In this document: in pieces, positions 27,501-39,800 of the stretch
Numbering within the stretch: position 1 is the stretch's first letter
Layout: every line of letters starts with the position of its first letter
NCBI GenBank assembly: GCA_963924565.1
Contig: OZ004612.1
Location: 12,400,001-12,464,000, forward strand
Length of the DNA: 64,000 nucleotides
Reading direction: 5' to 3'
Source: Ascidiella aspersa
Taxonomy: Eukaryota
Translations under genes and position numbers: made by a program
Notes under the pieces: generated by a model
The model's database searches: none
What the model was told of the DNA's origin: nothing
What the model saw: only the letters and a program-made list of their open reading frames with translations

Positions 27501-30500
27501 CTATGCCGATTACTCTGTAAAAACCTCGATCGCTGAAATTGTTCTGGAGCTTTAGACTGTTCATCTAAATGCGGCTGGGAATCCTGGGTTAACATCTCAT
27601 TGTCAAAATTGTCAGACGGAGCATCTTCGGGGTCATAAACACATATATTGTCAGGCATGTTGTCATGTTGATGATGGGGAACTGGAGCTCTGAAGCGTGG
27701 GTGCTGCCCCCTAAAGCGGGGTGGTGCACCTCTTGGATGGTGACCCCTGATTAATCGTTGCCCAAAGGGCCCTGGGTGTCTTGGATGGGGTCTGTTACCT
27801 GACTGAACACTTGGATACTCTTCTTCCCCTTCTTGATCCATCTCATCATAATGTTCTTCATTTGTAGGCCGAGGTCCTCGAAATCTTGGATAGGGACCTC
27901 TGGGCCTAAAAGGCATCCTGCCACGATGTTGCATCCCAGCACCAGGAAATCGTGGGCGAACATTAGGGGCAGGCAGTCTTGGCCTTGATTCAACTTCAAA
28001 TTCGGCTTCACCAAAGTCCTCCTCATCCTTTGTAAAGTCCACATCTTCGTCTCCTTCCTGTTCCTTCACTTTTAAATCGTTGTCAGTGTTGCTAGGCTCT
28101 CTCTGTTGGGCTTGAAACTGTGGCCTTTGGTGACTCTGCTGTACAGGCATTCTCGGGAATCTTGGATTGGGAAAAGGTTGATTGGGGTTGCGAAATCTGT
28201 GATTGATTTCCTGTTGTCCATGATTGCCTGGCAATTGGCCCGATTCATCTTGCCCAAAACCTGACTTATTTTGGTTGACATTTTCGCCATCCAATTCAGA
28301 ATGTTGCTCCTGTTGCCCATGAAATCGTTGCCGCATGCCGTGTTGACTAGAGAACGGCTGCTCATGTTGACCTTGAAACCGCTGACCTTGATGTGGTCCA
28401 GGAAATCTCTGCCGTTGACCATTTTGCCCTGGAAACCTTTGACGCTGGCCATTTGCACCTGGGAACCGCTGCCTTTCGTTATTTGAACCAGAAAATCTTT
28501 GTCCGTGATTATTATGGCCTGTAAATCTTTGTCCCTCGTCGTGTTGGCCTGGGAATCTTTGCCTTTGATTATTTTGATCAGGAAATCTTTGCTCCTGGAC
28601 ATTTTGGCCTCCTGGAAATCTTTGATCTTGTTCATTTTGACTTGGGAACATATGTCCATCTTTGTTTTGACCCCGACCTGTAAATCTGTTTTCTTGATCA
28701 TTTTGACCTTCCAAGCTTTTTATCTGATCATTTTGACCTGAAAATGTTTGTCCTGAGTTTAGGTTGGGAAATCGTTGTCTAGGGTTGTTTTCGCCTGAAA
28801 ATCTTTGTCCTGAGTTGTTGTGGCCCGGGAATCTGTGTCCCGGCTGTTGATCCTGTTGGGCTAGTGAATGCTGCCCTTGGTGTTGCTGTTGGCCAGAAAA
28901 GTCGTGTTGCTGACCTGCCAGCATTTCATGAGGAAACCTAGGACGTCCTTGGTAATTACTGTTGGCATTTTTCTGGGCGAAATCATTTGTCATGCCTGTC
29001 TGTTGGCCTTGGAAGTTTCCTTTATTGTGAAAATCCTGTGGTCCAGATCCAAGGTTCACCTGCCCAGCCATCCTCATGCCACCAGGCATATTTGCTTGTA
29101 GGTTACTTTGATGCTGAAATGAATTTTCAGAAACGTTGGGCCTCATTTGGGCTTGCATGTGGCCCTGGAACTGGGGGTTTGGTGGCCTGACTTTTGCATT
29201 TGCAATATGCTGCTGGATCTTTCGGATGTTGTTTTGCAGACGCTCAACGTTGGTCCGGTTTTGGGTTTTCATGTTCATCATCTGGTCTTGCCATGTTACC
29301 CACTGATGACAAAAACAATTAAATATATATTTATTTATTATATTTTGTTATAAATTTTATAAAACTTAGTTTTACATCAGATTTTTACAGTGCTTTGAGA
29401 GAAATTGTTTTTTAAAACAAAACATTGTCTCCAAACAAGCAAATAAGCCAAACTTGTAAGAACTTAAATATAATATTCTGGTTTAAATAAGAAAAAACAA
29501 CAAAATGTTTTTTTTTATTAACAATTACTGGCCCTTGCAACAAAATTTAAATGTTTTTTAGCCAGATTGTATCCTGTACACAATTATATCCCCCCACAAA
29601 AACTACCAGACCAACAGTAGCAATTTAACTAAGTTTTCATGGGAACACAATAGCAATGTGATAAGGATACCTGTTTTTCATATTGTGAAAACTGAGACTT
29701 GTTTGGATGGTTTTGATGCTTTCTCTTCCAATCGTCGAACTGCTTGTGCCAGTCATTGTACTGCTTTTCAAACACCTAAAATAAAAAGTTGATAACTTAA
29801 AAATATGAAAGCACAAATAATTAAGGCTGTCATTTGTGACTTATCTGTTTAAATTGTTAACTCTAGTGTAATTTGTATATGACTTGACTAACTTTTCAAT
29901 AAAAACAACACAGCCAGAATTTATGCAGAACGAAGACATTATAGAATGTGTAGTTTCATCATTAAACTTTGGAACTATTTATCAAGAACTTTATTTCTAA
30001 AATTTAGGACGAAACAAAAATATTAAGCAACTTAAAAAAATTACCAGAAGGCAATCAATTTTTTAAAAGTGAACAATACGATATATCTTCGAGTTGTGTT
30101 TTTTAACAGAAACTATGTATACATGAACTACTGTAAGTTAACCGTTTGCCATTTTTACCTTCTCTTGTTGTGTAAGTTTGAGAAGTTGCTGTTGATTTTG
30201 AGCGAGGTTTATAGCGGGATCTTCATTACTATTGGGGTTCCACTAAAATTAAGTAAAATATTATTAGTGAATGTAAAAAAAAAAAAAAAACAGTTGCATT
30301 TCATTAAATATATATGAAATGCATTCCCAATCACCACACACCTAGATAAACATTAAATGGAAATATACATTTATTTATATTTTACAGCTTGGACAGATGG
30401 AATCACCCACAAAGAGCATGTTTCAAACTAATTAACATTTAAAAAAAAAATCATTTTCCACAAAATCAAATGCAGGAACAAACTAGCAGTAATTTCAATT

Positions 30501-33500
30501 ATTATTATAAATTATAGATTTAATGCATTGACGACTTGTCATACAATAAATCAAATAACCCAAATAGTTATAACAAATGCTTGGTAATGTACGCACATAT
30601 TGATTTCAGCTGTGATAGCTTCAGCCATAATATAGTAATTTATTATAGTAATTTGGTCATTTGATTATTGTTGAGCAACTTTAAAGGTTGGAGTTCTAAC
30701 CAATAATTGTCAATAATTAAAATCAATAGTTTTAGCAGATCAATGATTTAAGACTGGTAGAAGGTCAGGTTAAAACAACTACTTTGTTAATGTACATGTC
30801 AATTGATGCAATGCATGTGAATTACCACTCAAAATGTGATCATATTGATGTTTTAATTTCTGTGGTAGCATTTCCCCCCAAAATAAGTTTCTGTCACAAT
30901 CTGTTATAAACAAAATTACCTCTTGGACGTTAAGTGCAGGAGTAGACATCCCTGGTACAGATGGTGTAACTTGACTGTTAGTTGTATTTCCAGCACTGCT
31001 TGATGTCGCTTGAGAGTCTGGCTCCTTTTTAATATTTCCAAATGTAGGCTCGGCCTTTATAATCACTTGTGGCTCCTTTTTTATAGTAGTTGTGGTCTCT
31101 TTAAACAGAATACACTAGGCTTCAGCACAAAAGAAAAAACACTGCCTTGATAAAGAAAACGACTAGTGGCAGTCCTTATAAAACATTGTTAGGATACCGG
31201 CAAAATTTAAGATAGTTGTTTTTTCAACCACTGTTAACAACTAAACAATGTAGCTAACTGATTTTTAAAGTTTAATGGCAACGATGAACCTTCAATTGTA
31301 ACAGCGGAATATCTCGAAAACATCAATAGCTAAATTTAAAATAAATATTTGGACCTTGCATCTAGGAAGCAACTTAAATGGATAATTTACAAACAAACTG
31401 AATTTATTGCAACTAAATGTGAATCCTTTCATGATGTGGATAACTTCAGTTAGGCTACCAAATGGATCATACAACCTGGTGTTAACAATCAAATTTTATC
31501 ACCCTAAATTTTGATTATAACAACCCCTTCGATTATAACAACCTAGTGTTGTTTAAAAAATAAGTGGCTAAATCGTGGAAAAATATATTACCAAATTTTG
31601 ATGTTGTATGAGACCGAAGTTTACTCTTAGATGTCTAACTTCAACCATCATTTCATATGTTCTTACCAGTTTTATGTTGTTTTGACACCAATTGCAACTT
31701 ATGTTGCCAGCATTCAATTTGTTGTTCTTTTTTTAGGGCAACAAACCACTTTTCCTTGGTCAGTCTTTCTAGCTTGGCCTTGTCGGGAGCATTGAGTTTG
31801 CTCAGAGCTTCCACCCACCACTATTGACAATAATAAAAATTCATATTTAGTTAAAATGTCATTTGGCATGGTACTGGCAAGTAATGTCTTGCTGTTATAT
31901 TTAGTAGCACTGTTGGATGTCTAAAAAGATAAGACAGACTAATAGATAGTATCCATTTAAAGTTTATAAAACAATGTTTTGGGGTTAGGGGGCACTCTGG
32001 CCGCCGAAATCAAAGGCATAAACCTGATAATACATTTGGGAGGAATGGTGCCTTTGATCATAAATGATGCACCACTTTTACATTTTCAGCAGACCAGTAA
32101 ATAATTTTAAACACCTGATAGCTTTCCTACCCGAAGCCGTTTTTTTAATATACATATACTTTAAAGCCTGGATACAGTGTTTAGAACTTTTTTCATGAAA
32201 TTGCTTTCTTAGAAAAAAATCATAGATTGAATTATATTATATGAAAACAACCTTGGGCGTTTTTAACTTGTTTTGTGTAAGGAGTAAAATCAATCTCACA
32301 AAAATCTAAAAAAATTGCTTTTCAAATAAAATATATATTTGAAGTTTGTTTTGCACAAATTTCTTTGGCTTTCTGGCTGATTTCTCATCCAATATGGCCG
32401 CCAAGTTGCCAGCATTGTGTCAAAATGATTGTGATGATAATATGAAGTATAAAAGCCTTTTTAATTACAAACTACAGAAAACAACTGATTGAGAAGTGTA
32501 TGTTAAGAGTCTTAAGACTAATTGTATTCATACATATAATGTTTTACCTTTTCTTCTTCGGGAAGCGGTGGTGCTGGGGGAGTGGGGTTGTCATCACTTG
32601 GGGGAGGCGGAGGGGGGACAGGGGCTGGTGGAGGCGGCTGCTTGGGTGGGGCAGTATCCGGTGGTGGAGGCACCATGCCCTGAAATTCAAATATGTCCAT
32701 TAAAAATGTGGTAAGGCTCATTTCTGCTGCTAGTCTTATTGCTATACAGTTCTGAAACAGGTTTGCATTGTGGAAGAAGAGTTAAAATAAAAATAAAGTA
32801 GAATCTAGAAAAATATCTTTTTGAAGTGAAGATTTTAGCCAACACAAACTGATATCTGTGGGTAAGGATTAGATTGGAACTATAGAATTTGCGCGGGATA
32901 GCTAATTTTGCAGCGTGAAATTGCGCGGCTGTAATAACAATTTGGCCCAAATTTGTGCGGCTGTAATAACGTTATTTGTAAAATTTGTCAGGCTGAAAAT
33001 GGAGTACTATACTGAAAATCATTACCACAACGTAAGTTTTGCACGTTTGAGCGTTTTTTTTTTGCGGCTGATCGCATTTTACGATGATTTTGGCCGAGGG
33101 CAGAACTGTGGGATATGAATGGTTAATACACAAGCAAACTCAGTAAATGTCTTATTTGTTTTACCAATACATTTATCAAAAATGCAGACGAGAAACATGC
33201 TATATGAACACAAAAGTTATTCACCTGCTGTTGATAAGCACCCATCATATGCTGCTGGTACATTGCATGTTGCTGTTGATGGGGCATATATTGCTGCGAC
33301 TGTCCGTATATATGTTGCTGCTGGTTCATCATGCCGCCACTGATTGCTGGATGTCTGCTGTGTTGTTTCTGCTGGCCGACACCCATGTTGCTATAATCAC
33401 TGCCACCAGCACCCGCCATGTTCTGCTGCTGGCTCATTTCTGACATGTTGTACCCAGCATGTTGTTGGTAGTTTCCTTGCATCCAATCTTCAGTGCCTTG

Positions 33501-33572
33501 AGTTTGCCCCCCCTGGTTTTGGGACAAATGTGGCATTCTTTGCTGGCGGATTTGATTCCAGCCAGGAAGCAT
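12562..33572 (-). CDS. YLPM1: YLP motif-containing protein 1 (ZAP3), PP1-binding nucleoside-kinase-like protein, 25 exons, about 2096 aa
   Basis: Exons (minus): 33572-33225, 32679-32548, 31820-31667, 31098-30920, 30242-30159, 29775-29671, 29302-27295, 26436-26283, 25614-25308, 24621-24526, 23895-23817, 23722-23199, 22595-22348, 21948-21601, 20905-20699, 19631-19431, 18774-18606, 18258-18196, 17611-17495, 16949-16773, 16168-16001, 15444-15319, 13741-13693, 13226-13120, 12702-12562; phases all compatible. Diagnostic segments: YNDWHKQFDDWK..HPNK..QYEKQW, P-loop VILRGLPGSGKTH, LEYEYEPEMEESY, and C-terminus MEDFLSLPDDYD..PGKKRVRWAD..GFVVGQTDW..ALNRTKFI* with the RVxW PP1 motif. Confidence 0.93.
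12970..13036 (-). repeat. Degenerate tRNA-derived SINE head or tRNA pseudogene in last YLPM1 intron
   Basis: Minus strand GATAGCTTGGCCGAGTAAAAGACATTGGTCTTGTTAGCCCACGGCTGTGAGTTCAATTTCTATTGG has A-box-like, anticodon-arm-like and B-box-like segments but does not fold as an intact cloverleaf. Confidence 0.45.
19680..20096. mobile_element. TIR element with GGAGTCGGACTC subterminal repeats in YLPM1 intron
   Basis: Ends CAGTGCTGCAGAGTCGG / CCCCGCAGCCCTG; many GAGTCGGA/GACTC repeats; no clean TSD. Confidence 0.6.
22650..22736. repeat. 35-bp minisatellite, about 2.5 copies
   Basis: ATACTAAATGTGTTAT(G/T)CAGCCAATTG(G/C)CACAAA repeated. Confidence 0.8.
24662..24838 (+). mobile_element. Foldback mini-retroelement (Penelope/retrozyme-like) in YLPM1 intron 9
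   Basis: 13-bp direct repeat AACGTGTAGTGAA at 24649-24661 and 24839-24851; 47-bp inverted arms 24661-24707 / 24729-24775 (1 mismatch); hammerhead core in the inverted segment; 3' tail ACAGATCCGTGCATAGTGTACCC. Confidence 0.8.
24683..24720 (-). ncRNA. Minimal type I hammerhead ribozyme core (HHR-1)
   Basis: Minus strand reads UAA-CUGAAGA-U-GAUAC-AAGUUC-GUAUC-GAAAC-GUC^UUA: conserved core, 5-bp helix II, palindromic ACGU helix III, GUC site, 3-bp helix I. Confidence 0.75.
25776..26229. mobile_element. hAT (Charlie/Buster-type) MITE in YLPM1 intron 8
   Basis: TIRs CAGTGCTTCCGAAC / GTTGGGAAGCACTG, repeated GGGTCGC subterminal motifs, perfect 8-bp TSD CTTTAGGT (25768-25775, 26230-26237). Confidence 0.85.
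27246..27268. repeat. (TA)n microsatellite
   Basis: Direct reading. Confidence 0.9.
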
Positions 33573-34201
33573 TTTGTCAATGTTGTTGTTGTCAGTCACT
33601 GCATTAACCGGGTCGGGTATGTTTCATGCCAAACATAGCAAAACCCTTTATTCCTGCAGTCACTCTAGATTAATTAATACAATTATTCAATTAAATGAAC
33701 AAAAAGAAACTTGCAACCATAAGGTGTGAAATATGGGCACATTTTAAAATGCCTATAAAGTGTGCATACTTTTTTTTAGAACGTGCACACTTTTTCAAAC
33801 CCAATAGAGTAAAATTAATGGTTTGTACTAACTGCCACGAAATCACTTGACAAAATCAGCAGCTATTTACTACTGTGAAAAATAGTACATCACAAGTGTT
33901 TTTCAACACAACCCATTTTTAACCAAATGTTAAACCAAGAGAGCAAAACTATAGTCAGGCTACAGTTTTCGATAATAATTCCTTTACTATCGTGCAAGTT
34001 TATCTAATAAAATGCAATACAGCAGGGAAAATGTTAATCTTTCACTCTGATACAGCCGAACAATTTTAGTCTACAAAAACTTTTATTTTAAATTAATGCA
34101 CAGTATTTGGGTGTGGGTGGTCTTGCACCCAAACCCAAATGATGTTACCAATATAAATCCCCCGACGAAAATGTGGTAGGATTCTACACCAGCGCCTTTT
34201 C

Positions 34202-34613
34202 GGCGCTGGTCTAGAATCCTACCACAACGCGCATTATTTGGGTTAGGTTGCGGGTTAGCGTTTGGGTTAAGGTGGGTCAAGTATTATTATTGGCGCTGGT
34301 CTAGAATCCTACCACTACGAAACACCATTTGGGTTAGGGTGCGGGTTAGCGTTTGGGTTAAGGTGGGTCAAGTATTATTATTAAACAAAGAATATAATAT
34401 TACTTGACCCACCCACACCCAAACGCTAACCCGCACCCTAACTCAAATTTTGTGCGTTGATTTTAGAACTGTGGTAGGATTCTAGACCAGCGCCTTATTA
34501 TTAAATAAAGAATATAATAATACTTGACCCACCCACACCCAAACGCTAACCCGCTACCTAACTCAATTTTGTGCGTTGATTTCATAACTGTGGTAGGATT
34601 CTAGACCAGCGCC
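34202..34613. mobile_element. GG-terminal MITE (Merlin-like) containing a nested copy of itself (34292-34494)
   Basis: 24-bp TIR GGCGCTGGTCTAGAATCCTACCAC starting at 34202 and 34292, inverted copies ending 34494 and 34613; inner 203-bp copy flanked by 8-bp TTATTATT duplication; an extra right-end TIR ends at 34196. Confidence 0.85.
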
Positions 34614-36549
34614 GATTTTTCTTTAGGATTATTGAATATTCGAAACTACAAAGAAATGTACTTGAGTTCCGAAAATCAATCAATTTGGCTGCACTGGACG
34701 GTGTGCTGTGCAGTAACCTTCCATTAGCGGCAAACCTGAAGTGTGAAGCAAGGACAGCTGTTCTACCAATGGTTAACGTTGAGAGCAACGGAGGACATTT
34801 TTAATTTTAGCTCTAAAACTTAATACAAAAAGAGTACAAACCGTGAAGTGTTACTATGTAAATTTGTGTAAATCAATATAAACAAAACTTTATTGGAATT
34901 CACAAAAAAAATTATAACGCATGTGTAACTTAAAAGGGCAGTGTAATCATATATAGCCAAAACATGGCCACCTACTTAAAAAACGCGTGCCGAAATACTT
35001 AACTACGTTGTTTTGTTTACCCAGAACGCATCTATGTACTTTTTTGATTAGACCAAATAGCTCAAATAAAACCAAAGAGAAATCTCTTTGTATAAAACTA
35101 TGCTTGACGTCACCCAACACTTCTGTTGTAATCCCAACGCTGGCTTCATTGTCGCTCAAAACAAATGGTTTAAAGCAAAAATAGATAATGACACAACTCT
35201 TATCATCTGAAATATTGGTTTTAATATTTGTTGAATATTTTAATGATTTGCAAAGTTGTTCGCGTGTTACAAAAAATGATGTGTTGTCCTCAACAAAGTA
35301 ATGATAAAGGGCGGAAGTTAACTGCTGTAGCCTTTCAAGAGCTTTGAAGTCTAAAACAGTTTAACAAAAGCATTGCTACTTAATTTGCATGTTTTATTTA
35401 TTCCGACGTTAGTGCGAATGGCAAAAATAGGAACAGCAGAAGCGGGAGAGAAGAAAACAGAAGCGACAAACGAAAGTGGCAAAAGTAAATCTACGATCGA
35501 TTCAGCTGAAAAAAAAATTGCACAAAGCGTAAATTTTCGAATACCGCTAGAAGTCGCGCCGCTACCGTTTTAGGTAAAACTAATCTGAAAGGCTAATAAT
35601 TATGCCAATGAAGATCGGAGATGCAGCCTTGCTTGAACAACTATCGCAAGAAAACTCCATGCTGAAATAGGTCGTTTAAGCGGCTAAATGTCTAACTAGC
35701 GGCTTAAGGTTCATGTCGTGACCGCATTAATGAAAACGTTTGTTTTGAAACACGTGTTGTCACTTGGAAGGGTGTAAAAGGCGCCTGGTGAACCGCCATT
35801 CTTGGCAAAGCTAGGCAACAATGCCATTCATACTCAACGCGGCATGAATAACAAAATGAAGCAAAAAAACGAAATTGATTTTACCACATCAGCTGCATTC
35901 TTACAAATTCGGCCAAAGCGGCTCGTTGAAAAAACAGAAAAAATGGCGTTATGCTAACGGTGTGAGTTGTATTGAATATTATTGGAGCCACGTTAGCAGT
36001 GCGATATCGTCGAAAATTAACAACAGATGATATGTTTGGTCCCGCAAGATGGAAAATGCAGTAATTTAACAGGCTTGTTTTTTTCTTGGAAAACAGAATG
36101 ATAACGGCATTTTTAATACTTTAAATTGGTTATAGAAACATCAAGAAATATCTCAAACGTTACCATAATACATTTTCGTTGCTACAAATCGGAATTGATT
36201 TCATAATAAGGACTGCGCCGAAAGGAAGAAATAAATATTGGCCGAGACATATCTTTAGCAAAACGGAATGACAAAACATGGTATGATTATAAATGCAGAA
36301 TTCAGTTTACAGAACGAAACAGAACTTAAAAGCTTAACGTAAAAAAAACAGTATTGAACGCATCAAACTCTTTGGTATCAGATAAAAGTTTTCAAATGGC
36401 GTTGAAATCACACGCCGTCGCGGTAAAATAGAGCAATTAAGGAGAACACACACACACACGACAGCAGCCAATCGTCGGCGAACTGTTGCGAAAAGGTTTC
36501 AATCTCGAAAAGATTCGGACAGCAAGTAAGGACCGCGGCCCACATACCG

Positions 36550-36572
36550 CACACACACACACACACACACAC
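36550..36572. repeat. (CA)n microsatellite in probable p190 3' UTR
   Basis: Direct reading; a second shorter tract lies near 36447-36459. Confidence 0.9.
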
Positions 36573-36807
36573 GAGCACCTTCGTTATTGCTAAACATTCA
36601 ACCGAAAAAGAAAGCGCGAAAACTCGCGAAACAGCGCGAACGTACTTCGCCGCCGTTTTTACGAAAAGGTACAGAAAAGCGCGGGCGCCTCACAAATCCG
36701 CCCCGCTGCTGTGAGGCAGCGCACTTCGTACCCTGTTGAAACATCTGAAAGACGCGGCCGAAATAAAGAGATATTCAAACTAACAAAACAAGAAGGCTGC
36801 CGAGTGA

Positions 36808-39800
36808 TCAGACCTCGGGCTGGCCGTAGAACATGAATGCGCACTGCTCGATGCATATGTGCAGCACGTCGCGGTGACACGTCTTGGTGATGGCGTTGGG
36901 AAGGTCGAGCTCGGGCCGGAAAAGGGTCGGCCACCAGCAGATGGCGATGTTTTCGAACGACATTTTGTTCTTGTTCTCGTTCTTGCCCACGCTGCAAACA
37001 AAGAGCCAGTTATATACGTAGTGTTACGGTCACGATATCATGGAATCGCATCCGATAACTGATGGCAAGTCATTATGTCGACACTTTGCCCGATACTAAG
37101 CTGGTATGAGTGCTAAAACGGCCCAAAATTATTGTAAACATTTATAACCTTTGCTAGCGATGTTGTGCGGCGTTTTTCTGCCTGCCAATATATTTTAGTT
37201 AAGTATAACTTTTTGGTATTTTTGCCAGGAAAACAAATGATCTTTAATTACTTGATTGTACTTTGTTTTATCGAACTGCCGTTCAAATTTCGTAGAAAAT
37301 ATTTGGTTTTAGGATCCGAAAAAAATATATATATAGTATCAGTAATGTCTAGTAGATGCGCCAGGCGCAGCATACCGCTTCTATCGTAGCGCCACCTTAA
37401 AATTCCGAAATATCGGATTTTGTTCGTGAATTCAGATCGCTGCATTAAGAATCGTTAACTTGTACACAAAGCGCACTTTACATAAAACGCCGTAAAGTCA
37501 AGTGTGGCAAATTAGATTAAATATCGATTGGTATATAGATGGTAAAAACCCCATATCATAGAGTGACGCCAGTATGACACAATATTTCCATAATATTTAC
37601 GGTCAATCGAGGGTACATATTTAGCCGATTGCAAAAACCTTCGAAACAAGCAAAAAGCACAAAAGTCGGCCAAATAAGGGCGGCGCAACGTCAGCGTCAG
37701 CGTTTGCGCATTTGGCTCTCTCGCTCTGCGTTAAAATAAACACAAACGACTTGTTTGGGTCGAAATTTATGGCCGTCGTGCAGTGAATTGGCCAAGGGGC
37801 TCTCGCGCCGCTTCGTGTTACGTCACAACGGAAACAATAGCTCGGTTGACCGGAAATCAAACTTGAAGGGCTTTGATTTGCCAGTAAGAATGGTGGTCGG
37901 AAAAAGGTGATTGAGGTCAAAAAGAGTTGACCACTGGCCAAGGACCAGGTAGAAAAGTGATAAGATTGAAATGGTTCGGGATTGGCGATCAAACTAATTC
38001 GCCACAATTGTAGGTAACCGTCACTTTCACCCCCCTCCCCGTCCTAAATACAATGTCATCGATAGATTTTTCAAATCGGCTGGAAACACAGTTGTACTGA
38101 AATTATGACTATGGGCCAATAACTAAGGGGGTGCGCCAGGCGTTTATGTTGACCATAGACAGAGGTTACAGGGGTTTTAAGCAAAAATGTTTCGATAGAT
38201 GTAGAAAAAAACAATGTATTAATATTTTAATCATCCACTGATTTTGCGTGGTAGTTTCAACCACATTGTATACGCCCGGGCCACGGAGGGCTTAAAGGTC
38301 TTTGCGCATCAACACGTGTAAACCTAAAAGTGGGCAAAGCAAGTGACATGTCAAACAAGTCCGTTCTACTAATAAAAAATAAATGACATGACCTTCTTGC
38401 TCATCGCATTTCTAATAAAAAAAACATGATATGGGAATAATTACCAAAACGTTAAAATAACTTTCATACTCAGGCGAGCGAGATTCTTACTCACGAAAAA
38501 CTTGCATGGTTGGTCTCGTAATATAGAATTGAAAAATGATTTGTACTGATGATGGTTTAAGTACCATTTCTAATGAACCTGCTTATCCTTGACAAGGTTT
38601 GTTGGCAAAATATAGTATAGACATGTGCACAAAAGTTTCACTAAAAACAAATAACACTAAGGTGTCAAACCCTATGTTCCGCACACCGAAAAACATTTCA
38701 ATCCCCGGTTGTTAATTCTAAATAAACCATCGCGCTTGTGGATTTTATGCAGCGTAACGCATATACTGAAGGTTGCTGCTGCAAAGCGCCTGGCAAACTT
38801 AAAAGGCAGCCAAAAAACGACTTGGGTCGTTTGGATTTCTCGCCAGACGCTGGCAAACATCGCGCCAAATCGGTTCCGGTTGTCAAAATCGGTAATATGC
38901 CCCACGCAATTGGGAGGTGGAAGAAAGGACAGTTTTAACGTTGCTATTTGCGTGTGTTTGCAACGATTAAAGTGTACGTGCGAAATGTGTGTACATACAT
39001 ATGAAACACATGGTGAGTTTTCCGTTGAATTGAAAAATAGAAAAAAAGCATATAAAATCAAACAATTTTAATTTCGCACATAAACGCGAGATTCAAAACA
39101 TGGTTTACCAACCTAGAACTATTTAGAAGAAAACACTTAGATTTTTTAATTAACCGGAATTGATTGATGTGACGTTTGTACATTTTGTTTAGAAATTCTG
39201 CGCCGAGTGTAATGCGTGAATAGAATATTTAGCAGTGTTATATTTTCGCCATTTTGACGGGCGAATTTCCATCTGTTGGTCCGAATTTACCCAGGTAGAT
39301 TTATATGCGCAAACACCATTTACATGCTGATTAATATCTATGAATTCGAAGCGAAACACATTAAGGCCGTATTTCGCCGGTTGGTGGTGTACCAGTGCAA
39401 GCCCACAAAAAATATATAGGTCGTTTGGCAGACTTACCGCTGCAAATGGGTGCAGAGGAACTTGAAGGTGGCATAGTTGGAGTAGGGCAACTTGCGGACC
39501 ACTCCACGGACCGAGCACAGGCGCAAAGTGCGGTCCGGCATGTCTGCGGACAAAAAAATTTCACGTGTTAGTCGAACGATTTCCACACAATATTGATAAA
39601 CATGTGTATTGTGTAAATAGTATTTTGTGGAATATTTCACTTATAATACAATTGTAAAGCGTTTACGCAATGAGATATACAAGCCTTTCAGATATGAAAC
39701 CATTAATGCAAGTCAAAACAAACACCAGAAACAAACAGGGCGCAACTAAAAATAGTATATACAAACACCGAGTTTGTACATAATGCAAAACCATGGGAAT

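Noticed and set aside
19403-29353. Many plus-strand ORFs of 60-150 aa
   Set aside because: Antisense shadows of GC-rich or low-complexity YLPM1 exons, with no independent motifs or splice structure.
34202-34613. CRISPR-like or interstitial telomere array
   Set aside because: Repeats are inverted TIR pairs with non-unique intervening sequence and a TSD; the TTAGGG units are degenerate and internal to the MITE.
34700-36808. Ascidian-style operon linking p190 and YLPM1 (same strand)
   Set aside because: More than 1 kb, including MITEs and promoter-like sequence, separates the candidate poly(A) signal near 34890 from the YLPM1 acceptors; cannot be supported from sequence alone.
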